The notes beneath the pieces were generated by a model, which did not search any database, was not told where the DNA came from, and saw nothing but the letters and a program-made list of their open reading frames with translations. Positions 48,915-58,228 of a stretch of 64,000 nucleotides of DNA are shown here, piece after piece (positions within the stretch are counted from its first letter, which is position 1; every line of letters starts with the position of its first letter). Source of the DNA: an uncultured delta proteobacterium. GTDB lineage: Bacteria; Desulfobacterota; RBG-13-43-22. The position numbers were made by a program, and so were the translations under genes. Location: contig CAWBOS010000010.1 in NCBI GenBank assembly GCA_963790475.1, positions 320,001-384,000 of the forward strand. The letters run 5' to 3'.

Positions 48915-49437
48915 GGATCTCCTCGGCACCGGCCTCCTTGAGCAGAGCAGCGATTTTTTCCCGTTCCATGGGTGGGCAATAAATCAGCAGGCCGAAACGA
49001 TCATCGGAAAAGCGGGGGTCATAATGGGCCGGCAGATGCAACCGGGGCAGACGGGTGTGGATGAGCATTCCGGCAAAGGAAATAAGGACCCCGCACAAAA
49101 TCAGAAACTCAAAGCCGATGATGACAAAGGGGATCCAGGGGATGATCGGCTTACCGCTGACGATAAACCGCCACTGTAAGACCGTGTAGACGGCCAGGAA
49201 AAAACCGGAAACCAGGCCGAAGAGGCCGCCAAAAAGGGTGTAATAGCGCACCGGGCTTGGCCCCTTATCCAAGGCTTCCTGGACCTCTGGGGCAGCCGAA
49301 GGGCTAAAGACGGTAAAATCCAGGTTGGCCTTTCCGACGGCCTTTAAGGCCCCCAACAGATCGTCCAAATAGATAAAGATCCCCATCAAGGCCGGCCTGG
49401 CCATCGCCCTTTCCGTTTTATTCATGGGCTTATTCAT
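48898..49437 (-). CDS. actD: Alternative complex III subunit ActD (DUF3341)
   Basis: VSGKP...FVIIGFE, YDPRFSDDRFG, LKEAGA. Confidence 0.85.
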   Translation of the reverse strand: MNKPMNKTERAMARPALMGIFIYLDDLLGALKAVGKANLDFTVFSPSAAPEVQEALDKGPSPVRYYTLFGGLFGLVSGFFLAVYTVLQWRFIVSGKPIIPWIPFVIIGFEFLILCGVLISFAGMLIHTRLPRLHLPAHYDPRFSDDRFGLLIYCPPMEREKIAALLKEAGAEEIHDYAG

Positions 49438-50758
49438 GGGCCGTCCTTTCCCGCCGGGGAGGTTTGACCTCTTCCTTGACTTCGGCGATGGACAGGGTGG
49501 GCAAAAATTTGGAAAACAAAAAGAAGAAAAAGAAAAAGATACTGAAGGCCCCGAAAAGGATCCCGTATTCCACCCAGGTGGGACCGGGATAATGCCTCCA
49601 GATATACGGATCATAGGCATGGGCCGGAGAGCCGATGATGATCACATAACGCTCATACCACATGCCCACGACCACCATAACGGCAATCACATACAAGGTG
49701 ATGGTGTTGGTTCGAATTTTTTTGATAAAGTAAAACAGGGGGGCGACGGAATTACCGAAGACCATCAACCAGAACCATTCTTTATAATAGCCGACCATGC
49801 GCCAGTAAAAGTTGTCCTTTTCCGTGTTATCCCCGCTGTACCAGGAGATGAAGTGCTCGGTCAGATAGGAATAGCCCATGATCAAGCCGGTCAGGATGAT
49901 GGTTTTGGCGATATTTTCCAGGGTTTCCATGGTGATGATATTTTCGAATTTATAAATGCGCCGCAAGGGGATCAACAAGATGAGTACCATGGCCAGCCCG
50001 GAATGGATGGCCCCGGCCACAAAGTAGGGGGCGAAGATGGTGCTGTGCCAGCCGGGTAGAATGGACAGGGCAAAATCCCAGGAAACCACGCTATGGACGG
50101 AGATGACCAAAGGGGTGGCTAGGGCGGCCAGAAGGACAACCGCGCCACCATAATGACGCCACTGCCAGTGGGACCCGGTCCAGTTTAAAGAAAAAAAGCC
50201 GTACACCTTGCGCCGCAGCCCTTGGGACCGATCACGGATGGCCGCCAGGTCGGGAATAAGACCGGTATACCAAAACAGGACACTGACGGTAAGATAGGTG
50301 GAAATGGCGATCACATCAAAAACCAGGGGGGATTGAAAATCAGGCCAGAGAGTGCGCTGGTTGGGATAAGGAAGAATCCAATAAACCACCCAAACCCGAC
50401 CCAGGTGAATAAAAGGAAAAAGGCCGGCCACCATAACGGCGAATACTGTCATGGCCTCGGAGCTGCGCGATATGGCCGTGCGCCAGCGGGCCCGAAATAA
50501 ATAAAGGATGGCTGAGATCAAGGTACCCGAATGAGCCAGACCGACGAAAAAAACAAAATTAACTAGATAGGTGCCCCAGGCGATGGGGTGATTGGGTCCG
50601 GCTACTCCGATGCCCATGAGGATCTGGTAGGCCCAGCAGCCGGCCCCCACCAGAATGCCGCAGAACCAGAAGGCCACGATGCCCAGGTAGAGATTTCCCG
50701 GAGGGGACATGGCCCGTAAAACTTCCTGATTGACGGTGCTGTAGTTAAGGTCTTGCAT
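49430..50758 (-). CDS. actC: Alternative complex III subunit ActC (NrfD family)
   Basis: WGTYLVNFVFFVGLAHSGTLISA, HLGR, SPLVFD, SVHSVVSWDFA, GWHSTIFAPYFVAGA, WYER. Confidence 0.92.
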   Translation of the reverse strand: MQDLNYSTVNQEVLRAMSPPGNLYLGIVAFWFCGILVGAGCWAYQILMGIGVAGPNHPIAWGTYLVNFVFFVGLAHSGTLISAILYLFRARWRTAISRSSEAMTVFAVMVAGLFPFIHLGRVWVVYWILPYPNQRTLWPDFQSPLVFDVIAISTYLTVSVLFWYTGLIPDLAAIRDRSQGLRRKVYGFFSLNWTGSHWQWRHYGGAVVLLAALATPLVISVHSVVSWDFALSILPGWHSTIFAPYFVAGAIHSGLAMVLILLIPLRRIYKFENIITMETLENIAKTIILTGLIMGYSYLTEHFISWYSGDNTEKDNFYWRMVGYYKEWFWLMVFGNSVAPLFYFIKKIRTNTITLYVIAVMVVVGMWYERYVIIIGSPAHAYDPYIWRHYPGPTWVEYGILFGAFSIFFFFFFLFSKFLPTLSIAEVKEEVKPPRRERTAHE

Positions 50759-50774
50759 AGTTCAAACTAAAATA

Positions 50775-50873
50775 GGGGTCGAGGATTCAAGGGTTCGATG
50801 GTACAAGGTTTAAGGTACAAGGTATACGGTATACGATTTTTTCTAACCTTGAACCTTATACCTTGTACCGTCC
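50775..50873. repeat. Octamer/heptamer tandem repeats with inverted block (hairpin)
   Basis: (GGRKTCRA)x3, (GGTACAA-like)x5, then an inverted (ACCTTGT-like)x4. Confidence 0.7.
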
Positions 50874-50874
50874 A

Positions 50875-53838
50875 TTACGTTTCCAAAATGTGCGTTATCC
50901 TCTTGAGATAAATGACCGCCGGCTTGGTATTCAGATAACCCAGGACCTGATAACGGCGTTTGTCATCGATCAATCGGGAAACACGGCTTTCCGGGTCGAG
51001 GAGATTTCCAAAAATTAACGTGTCGGTCGGACAGGTCTGGGCGCAGGCCGTGGTGAATTCTCCGTCTCTTACTTTTCGGCCTTCGGCCCGGGCCTGAATC
51101 TTGGCCCCGATGATCCGCTGGACACAAAAAGAGCATTTTTCCATGACTCCTTTCTGGCGGACCGTCACATCGGGGTTGAGCTGCCAGTCCAGGGGACTGG
51201 GACGGGTATAGTTAAACCAGTTGAACCGCCGTACTTTATAGGGGTCGTTTTGCAGACAAAAACGGGTGCCGATACAACGGTTGTAGGTCTGGTTGTTCAG
51301 GCCTTCCGGGTTATGGACCGGGGCATAGACCGGGCAGACCGATTCACAGGGGGCAAAGTCGCAGTGCTGGCAGAGCATGGGCAACCAGCGGGCCATTCCA
51401 TCCTTTGGGTCAAAGTAACGCTGAATCCGGATCCAGGCCATCTCCCGGCCGTTGAGGACTTGCTGTTTTTCCACCACGGCCAGGTTGTTTTCCGCATAAC
51501 AGGCCACCACGCAGGCCGAACAGCCGATGCAGCGGTCCAGGTCGACCATCATCACCCAACGGTATTCCTTATGCTGATGGACAGGGTAAAAGTCCTTTCG
51601 CGGGTCAACCCCTTGCGGTAAAGGCAGGTCGATATAAGGGATCTCTGCGGTCTTAAGGGATTGTTGATAATCCTTCAAGGTCATGACCTGCATGAGATCC
51701 CGATCCCCCTGAAAAAAACTTCCGTCCACATGGGCCAGGGGAATTTGTTTATTTAATTTCCGGAAGCTTACTTTCTGGGTGGAGTGAAAAACCCCTCCTG
51801 AGGCTGGGTCAACGGCCGGAGAAAATAATGACAGGGGATTGACCGGATGTCCATCGGCATACCTTCCGTAATTCCAATGACCCTGACCGAGAGGCAGGGC
51901 CAATAGCCCCGGAGGGACGGTATAAATGGGATAGGCCGGTCCTTCCAGGCTTCCGTAAGGAGAGCTGATCAAAAGGATATCCCCTTTTTGGATCTCCAGG
52001 ACCTTAGCCGTTTCCGGGTGGATCTCAATCCAACCGTCCCAGGTAATCTGGGTCATAGGATCGGGAAGCTCCTGAATCCAGGGCCGGTTGGCCTCTCGGC
52101 CGTCAAAGAACTGGATAGTGGGGTAAACGGTCCATTCCATCATTGGATCGGATTTGGCGGTTTCTTTTATTTTGGAGAAGGAAAAGGATGGAGGCCTTGC
52201 CGGAAAAGCGGCTTTTTTATTTTTTGGCTCCTTCCAGATTCCCCCTTGCTCCAGGGCCTTTTGCCAAAACTCCTCCGGGTTCTGGCCGGCTTCTATTTCC
52301 TTTCCTTTTTGGATCCAATATTCCCGGAGGAATTGATAATAGTCCTTCCAGGGAAATCTATCCGGTCCGCTGACCTTTTTGCCGGATGAAATAAGGAGAT
52401 CCCCTAAAGGACGGGTTTGGAAAACCGGCCCCATGACCGGCTGCATCAACCCTGACACCCCTTCTCTGGGAGAATAGTCACCCCAGGACTCCAGAAAGGT
52501 GTGATTGGGAAGGACCAGGCCGGCCAGGGTGCTGGTCTCATCGGTATAACTGGAAAAACTGACCACTAAAGGGACCGAATTCAGACCTTGCCGAAATTCT
52601 GCCGAGAAGGGAAGGTTGAAAACCGGGTTAACCTGGCCCAGGAGCAAGAGATCGATTTCTTTTCTTTTCATCCTTTCCGTAAGTTCTTTAAGCTCGGTTA
52701 AAAGCGCTGTCCGGCCATAGGCAGTTGGGCTATTGAAATCGATTACTTCTCTCGAACCTGGCTTAAGCAGGCAGAGGAGATTGGCCGCTACGGCTGCATC
52801 CAGGGCATGGGGGCCGGAAAGGCCGAGCCCTTCGGCCAGGGCCAGAGGTTTTTGTGCCCGGCTGAACCTACGGGCCAGATCCCTGATCACTGGTATCTTG
52901 ACCCCGGTTTTTTGTTGGATCTGTTCCAGGGTAAACTCCTGCAGAGTTTTCCGGAGCCACCCTTGCTGATCAGTAGAAAGATAGTTAATCGATCCCTCGT
53001 CCAACAAAACTCGGAGCATACCCAGGCCGATGAGATACTCCTCTCCCGGAGGGACGGCAATCCACAGATCGGCATTGTTGGCTGTTAAAGAAAGTCTTGG
53101 CCCCACAAAGATAAAGGGGTTTTTCCCTTGAGGTTTCAGGGCGTGAAAGGCAGCAAATTGCCGGGCAAATTCCAGGTTGGAGATCCAGGTTTCCAAAAAA
53201 CCGGCCCCAAAAGAAATAAGGAAGTCGGCCTGGTCGATGCGGTAATGGGGTAAACCGTCATATTGAAAGACGAGCCGGTTGGCCTGGCGCAAGGGCTCAT
53301 AAGCAAAGGACTCGTAGCATAATGGGCCTTGGGAACCCATTTCCGAAAGCCAGCGATCGACTAACCCTTTTAAGCTGCCGGTTATCAATTCACTTACGAA
53401 AACAATTCGTTCGCCACGGCCCTGCCGAATAAGGTCGGTCAAGGTGCGGGCCAGCACTTCTTCACCGTGTTGCCAGGACACCGCGGTCAATTTGCCGTTT
53501 GCCTGGCGTTTAAAAGGTCCCGGGAATCGATCGGGATTATAAAGCCCCTGCAAGGAGGCCTGTCCGCGGGCGCAGAGTTTCCCTTGGCTGACAGGATGAA
53601 GAGGGTTCCCCTCCAATTTGACTACCCGTCCATCCCGGTTCTTGGCCACCAGGCCGCAACCGGCCGGACACCCCCGGCAAGTGCCGGCATACCAAACCGC
53701 CTTACCGGGGATGATATCCTCAGGGGGGAAAATATAAGGAACTAAGCGGTTGGGAGTATCGGATGAGCAACCCGTGACGGCGCTTGTTCCAGCTAACCCT
53801 ATGATCTTCAAAAAGTCCCGGCGCTTGAGATCAAACAT
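50875..53838 (-). CDS. actB: Alternative complex III subunit ActB (Tat-exported molybdopterin-fold + Fe-S fusion)
   Basis: KRRDFLK Tat plus lipobox TGC. CRGCPAGC...LCARG, WIQELPDP, CIGCSACVVAC, CQHC..APC..VCP, CIGTRFC, KCSFC. Confidence 0.92.
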   Translation of the reverse strand: MFDLKRRDFLKIIGLAGTSAVTGCSSDTPNRLVPYIFPPEDIIPGKAVWYAGTCRGCPAGCGLVAKNRDGRVVKLEGNPLHPVSQGKLCARGQASLQGLYNPDRFPGPFKRQANGKLTAVSWQHGEEVLARTLTDLIRQGRGERIVFVSELITGSLKGLVDRWLSEMGSQGPLCYESFAYEPLRQANRLVFQYDGLPHYRIDQADFLISFGAGFLETWISNLEFARQFAAFHALKPQGKNPFIFVGPRLSLTANNADLWIAVPPGEEYLIGLGMLRVLLDEGSINYLSTDQQGWLRKTLQEFTLEQIQQKTGVKIPVIRDLARRFSRAQKPLALAEGLGLSGPHALDAAVAANLLCLLKPGSREVIDFNSPTAYGRTALLTELKELTERMKRKEIDLLLLGQVNPVFNLPFSAEFRQGLNSVPLVVSFSSYTDETSTLAGLVLPNHTFLESWGDYSPREGVSGLMQPVMGPVFQTRPLGDLLISSGKKVSGPDRFPWKDYYQFLREYWIQKGKEIEAGQNPEEFWQKALEQGGIWKEPKNKKAAFPARPPSFSFSKIKETAKSDPMMEWTVYPTIQFFDGREANRPWIQELPDPMTQITWDGWIEIHPETAKVLEIQKGDILLISSPYGSLEGPAYPIYTVPPGLLALPLGQGHWNYGRYADGHPVNPLSLFSPAVDPASGGVFHSTQKVSFRKLNKQIPLAHVDGSFFQGDRDLMQVMTLKDYQQSLKTAEIPYIDLPLPQGVDPRKDFYPVHQHKEYRWVMMVDLDRCIGCSACVVACYAENNLAVVEKQQVLNGREMAWIRIQRYFDPKDGMARWLPMLCQHCDFAPCESVCPVYAPVHNPEGLNNQTYNRCIGTRFCLQNDPYKVRRFNWFNYTRPSPLDWQLNPDVTVRQKGVMEKCSFCVQRIIGAKIQARAEGRKVRDGEFTTACAQTCPTDTLIFGNLLDPESRVSRLIDDKRRYQVLGYLNTKPAVIYLKRITHILET

Positions 53839-54073
53839 GAAAAGATATCCGCGATAGCACAGAAGTCAGAACTGTTTTTGTCAATTTAGTCAGAATCAGT
53901 ATAAAGAAGGTAGAAGAAACGAGTCAAGCATAAAAAGATCCTTCCCCCATTTCAGGGAGAGACTCAAGGTGAAGAAGGGATAAAAAACTTTGGTTTTTCA
54001 GTCCCGCCTTTTTCAGAGTAAAGTCAAAAAAAATCCGTAGACCGGTGGGGCCCATTCTGTTAAAATAAAACAT

Positions 54074-54979
54074 ATGCCAAAGCTGAAATATTTTTTTGCC
54101 CTGTCCAGAACTCCCCACGGCATTCTTGACTTAGCCACCCCGGCCATAGCGGCCTTGCTCTGGTATGGGTCTATTCCCCCCCTTCAAATCCTCATCCTAG
54201 GCCTGGCAACGGCCTTTGCCGGATACACGGCGGTTTATGCTTTGAACGATTTGATGGATTATCATTTGGACCAGAAGAAACTGGAACTGGGAGGATTAGG
54301 TGACGGAGGAGGAGATTTGGATGCCCTGGTAATTCGTCATCCGTTGGCCCAGGGAGTCCTTACTTATAAAGAGGGACTGTTCTGGACAACCGCCTGGTCT
54401 TTTCTGGCCTTGATCGGCGCCTATCTGCTGAATCCTCTTTGCCTCCTTATTTTCCTGAGCGGCTGCGTCCTGGAGATGATTTACTGTCTCCTCTGGAGGA
54501 CCAGCCCGTTTCGGTCCCTTATCAGCGGTGCGGTCAAAACAGTCGGGGGTCTAGCGGCGGTTTTCGCTGTTGATCCCCATCCTTCCCCGGCCTTCCTGGT
54601 TCTCCTTTTTCTTTGGTTATTTTTTTGGGAAATCGGAGGTCAGAACATCCCCAACGACTGGATGGACATGGAGGAAGATCGGATGGTTCGAGCCAAAACC
54701 ATCCCCGTTGAGTTGGGAAAAACCTGGGCCATTTCGATTATTTTTACTTCTCTCCTTTTGGTCGTTGGTTTGAATGGAGTCCTTATGCGGTTTTCACCCT
54801 TGGGGGGGGAATTGAGCGCCGTCGTTGCTTCCCTGGGCCTGGGGATTTATTTGCTCCTTCTGCCCGGCTACCAGCTTATCAAGACGAAAGCCCGTCCTCA
54901 AGCCGTCATTTTATTTAATCGAGCCAGCTATTATCCCTTGGCTGTGCTTACAGTCATCAGCCTGTCCCTCGTGATTTGA
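54074..54979 (+). CDS. UbiA family prenyltransferase
   Basis: Multi-TM protein with NDLMDYHLD and NDWMDMEED Asp-rich motifs. Confidence 0.88.
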   Translation: MPKLKYFFALSRTPHGILDLATPAIAALLWYGSIPPLQILILGLATAFAGYTAVYALNDLMDYHLDQKKLELGGLGDGGGDLDALVIRHPLAQGVLTYKEGLFWTTAWSFLALIGAYLLNPLCLLIFLSGCVLEMIYCLLWRTSPFRSLISGAVKTVGGLAAVFAVDPHPSPAFLVLLFLWLFFWEIGGQNIPNDWMDMEEDRMVRAKTIPVELGKTWAISIIFTSLLLVVGLNGVLMRFSPLGGELSAVVASLGLGIYLLLLPGYQLIKTKARPQAVILFNRASYYPLAVLTVISLSLVI

Positions 54980-55001
54980 ATCTGTCGCCAGGAGAATTTC
55001 C

Positions 55002-55745
55002 ATGGAAGAGATCGATCCCAAAGAACTGCCGAAATTCAACGGGAAAGACGGGAATCCGGTTTATATCGCTCATCGTGGCCGGGTTATTGATGTGAGCGCC
55101 AGCAAGTTGTGGAATACCGGCCTTCATATGAACCGACATCATGCCGGAAATGATCTCACGACTGATATCCAAGCCGCTCCTCATGGACTGGAGGTTTTGG
55201 ACCGCTACCCGCAGGTGGCGGTACTCAAGAAAGAGGCCTCGACGGAAAAGCCCATACCGAAATTTTTGGCCTCTCTACTTAAACGATTTCCCATGCTCCG
55301 GCGACATCCCCATCCCATGACCATCCATTTTCCTATTGTCTTTTTGTTTGCCGCCCCCGTATTCACGATTCTTTTCCTTCTAACCGGAAGCCGGAGTTTT
55401 GAAACAACGGCCTGTCATTGTTTGGGGGCCGGCCTCTTTTTTACTCCGATAGCCATGGGTACCGGTTATTACACCTGGTGGCTGAATTATCGGGCTAGAT
55501 CCCTTAGACCGGTGAGGATCAAGAAAAAGGTTTCCGTGATCCTTCTGGGGATTGCCGTGATCGCCATGGGCTGGCGTATTTTGGATCAGGCTATTCTGAT
55601 TTCTCTGAGGCCGATCAGCTGGATTTATTTGATTCTTGTTTTTTCCCTGCTCCCCTTGGTCTCGGTCATGGGCTGGTTCGGCGCTCAGTTAACCTTTCCG
55701 ATTGAAAAGGAAATTCCCGCCGAAGATGAGAAGGGGAAGAGTTAA
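55002..55745 (+). CDS. Cytochrome b5-like heme-binding domain fused to DUF2231-like membrane domain
   Basis: FNGKDG.PVYIA..G.VIDVS...W..G.H...HHAG.DLT...APHG, then HPMTIHFPI and 4 TMs. Confidence 0.85.
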   Translation: MEEIDPKELPKFNGKDGNPVYIAHRGRVIDVSASKLWNTGLHMNRHHAGNDLTTDIQAAPHGLEVLDRYPQVAVLKKEASTEKPIPKFLASLLKRFPMLRRHPHPMTIHFPIVFLFAAPVFTILFLLTGSRSFETTACHCLGAGLFFTPIAMGTGYYTWWLNYRARSLRPVRIKKKVSVILLGIAVIAMGWRILDQAILISLRPISWIYLILVFSLLPLVSVMGWFGAQLTFPIEKEIPAEDEKGKS

Positions 55746-56032
55746 GCCCCTGACCTTCAGTTAAGATGGAATCGGCCGCGGAGGCAGGGAAACCTTGGGG
55801 CGGAAGCTTTACTTTTCTCTTCAGAGATATACAGTATTTTGATTTGACAAATACTATCCTTCCTGTATTCCTTTCAGATTTTTATTGAGTAAAATTAGTC
55901 CTAAAAAAATAGTGCTCCCTGAATGGAAGGAATGCGTTTCGCCCTTTTCCGCCTAAGAAAAGGGAGTGGCCTATAACCAAGTAAAATTTTGAATATTGAT
56001 CCGGATTATATGGAATGAAGGAGGATATAACC

Positions 56033-56395
56033 ATGAAAAACAAGAACGGTTCACGAAAAAATAGCGCCTTGGCTTTATCATTTACAGCCGGTAGTTTGAT
56101 TGGAGCGGCGGCAGGTTTACTTTTGGCACCCTGGGAAGGACGTCAAGCCAGGGGAAAACTAAAAGAATTTGGGGAGGAAGTCAAGGAGACATCGATTCGC
56201 TTATCCAATAATTGGAAGGAAAAGGCCGTCGGTTTTATGGAAAAAAGAAAAAATAGTTTTCCCCCGGAAAAGGACAACCTTACGGCTGGTCATGATGCCA
56301 AAGAGGCCGAAACCGGAGTCGGAAAAGAGATTCCATTGGCTCCTGAGGGACATAGCGATGAGGATTTCCTTCATCCAGCCCCGGTCTTCGAGTAA
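56033..56395 (+). CDS. YtxH-like protein
   Basis: GSLIGAAAGLLLAP..G...R motif. Confidence 0.75.
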   Translation: MKNKNGSRKNSALALSFTAGSLIGAAAGLLLAPWEGRQARGKLKEFGEEVKETSIRLSNNWKEKAVGFMEKRKNSFPPEKDNLTAGHDAKEAETGVGKEIPLAPEGHSDEDFLHPAPVFE

Positions 56396-56488
56396 TTATA
56401 TAGAACAACCCCCGGTTTGAAACTGCTCTGGCAGGTCAAGGGGAAAGTCGGTCTACGCTTGATGGGGAATTTGATACTCTGTGCAGGG

Positions 56489-57316
56489 CTAAACAGAAGG
56501 GCTGTTTTTACAACCCCAGTGTACCACGGCAATCCCGTTGGTCAGGGGTCGATAGTTTACCTGAAGAAACCCGATTTCTTCCAGGAGACGAGTCAATTCT
56601 TTCGGCGAAGGGAAAAGCCGTATGGATTCGGGCAGGTAGGTGTAGGCCTGCCGGGATCCTCCAATAAGGAGTCCCAACAGGGGCATAATATGAAAAGAGT
56701 AAAAATCGTATAACCGGCGGAACAGTGGGTTTGTGGGGTTGGAGAATTCGAGACAGATAAATCGTCCCCCGGGTTTGAGGACCCGATGCATCTCCTTAAA
56801 GCCTTCCTCCATATGGGTCAGGTTTCGGAATCCAAAGCCGACCATGGCCGCATCAAATTGGCCGGATCCAAAGGGCAGCCGTTCTGCATCTCCCTGGGCA
56901 TAAAATATTTTCTTCCTGAACGAGGCATTGGTCGATTTTCGGCGTCCGATTTCCATCATCTTCCGATTAATATCGACTAAGACGACTTTTCCCGAACCTT
57001 TCATTCGCTTTAAGGCCAGGACGGAAAGATCACCTGTGCCGCCGCAGATGTCCAGGAGACTGTCTTCCGGCTGTAATCTTAAGAGATTGACAGTGGTACG
57101 TTTCCAGAGGTAATGAATACCGAAGCTCAGAATGGTATTCATCAAATCGTATTTTTGGGCTACCGTATCGAAATGGTCGCGCACCCAACGGACTTTTTCC
57201 TGGGTCGGGACTTTACGAAATCCGAAATGGGTCGTTTCCTGATCACCTTCCGATTTTTTGCCGGCTTTATTTTCTTCCGCTTCCGGCTTGTTTTCCGAGA
57301 ATTTATGAACAGTCAT
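56489..57316 (-). CDS. ubiE: UbiE/MenG quinone C-methyltransferase
   Basis: THFGF, FDTVAQKYDLMN..LSFGIH..WK, LDICGGTGD, GDAERLPF, RVLKPGG, AYTYLPESI. Confidence 0.92.
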   Translation of the reverse strand: MTVHKFSENKPEAEENKAGKKSEGDQETTHFGFRKVPTQEKVRWVRDHFDTVAQKYDLMNTILSFGIHYLWKRTTVNLLRLQPEDSLLDICGGTGDLSVLALKRMKGSGKVVLVDINRKMMEIGRRKSTNASFRKKIFYAQGDAERLPFGSGQFDAAMVGFGFRNLTHMEEGFKEMHRVLKPGGRFICLEFSNPTNPLFRRLYDFYSFHIMPLLGLLIGGSRQAYTYLPESIRLFPSPKELTRLLEEIGFLQVNYRPLTNGIAVVHWGCKNSPSV

Positions 57317-57329
57317 CCTTGGTTCCTCT

Positions 57330-58184
57330 TCAGGCCGGAATTTCTATAGGAAGACCGGATTCCAGGAAAATAGGTTTCAGGTATTGGAGACTGGCCTGGC
57401 CGGCTTCTTCGGGCATGTCCACATAAGGGTAAAGTTCCAGGCTGATATCGCCTTGATATCCCAGGGCAGACATGGCTTTAAAGAGCTTCAAATAGGGAAT
57501 AGCCCCTTGTCCGGCAATAAGATGCTGGTGGACCCGGCTGGGGGCAATATCCTCAAGATGAACATGACCTATCCAGGGGAAAAGATCTTCAAAAACTTTT
57601 ACCGGGTCCTCTCCGGCACAAAAAAAATGACCCATGTCAAAATTCAATCCAACGTTGGGCGAATTCACTTCCAGGATAAACGATTTAAATTGAGAGCTGT
57701 TCTCCAGCAGAAGATCAGGTTCGGGCTCGATCAGGATTTGGATCCCCAAGGACACGGCCGTGGGGATGACCTGTTCCAAACCTTGGTGGAATAATAATAA
57801 GGCCTTTTCCCGGCTCATCTCCTTCAGGGGCCCCCCGGGTGGAACCGATATATTCCTACAACCTAAAATGTCGGCAACCTTAAGACAATCCAGGGTATGA
57901 CGGATCCGCATCCCTCGTCTCTGTTCTTCGGCCTCAATCCAGGAAGGAAGATAGGTGTCTCCAACGGCGAAGAGGGTAAAGCTGTTCAGGTTGGTTATAG
58001 TCAACCCCTGGTCGGAAATAGATCTCTTGAGATGCCTCATTTCCACTTCTCCGAAATCCGGCGGATAGAGATGAGGGCGGTCACACATAATCTCCAGGCC
58101 TTTAAACCCCAAAGAAGCGATCTTGGCCACGGAATCCTCCAGGGAAAATTTGACAAAGGCATTAGTGCTGTAACCGAACTTCAT
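57330..58184 (-). CDS. Sugar phosphate isomerase/epimerase (xylose isomerase-like TIM barrel)
   Basis: GYSTNAF, EIMCDRPH, IEPEP, FDMGH, HVHLEDI, HQHL, SLELY. Confidence 0.88.
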   Translation of the reverse strand: MKFGYSTNAFVKFSLEDSVAKIASLGFKGLEIMCDRPHLYPPDFGEVEMRHLKRSISDQGLTITNLNSFTLFAVGDTYLPSWIEAEEQRRGMRIRHTLDCLKVADILGCRNISVPPGGPLKEMSREKALLLFHQGLEQVIPTAVSLGIQILIEPEPDLLLENSSQFKSFILEVNSPNVGLNFDMGHFFCAGEDPVKVFEDLFPWIGHVHLEDIAPSRVHQHLIAGQGAIPYLKLFKAMSALGYQGDISLELYPYVDMPEEAGQASLQYLKPIFLESGLPIEIPA

Positions 58185-58228
58185 TGACTCCTCAATTTCT
58201 TATCAATCGTTGATGTTTTGCAGGGATG

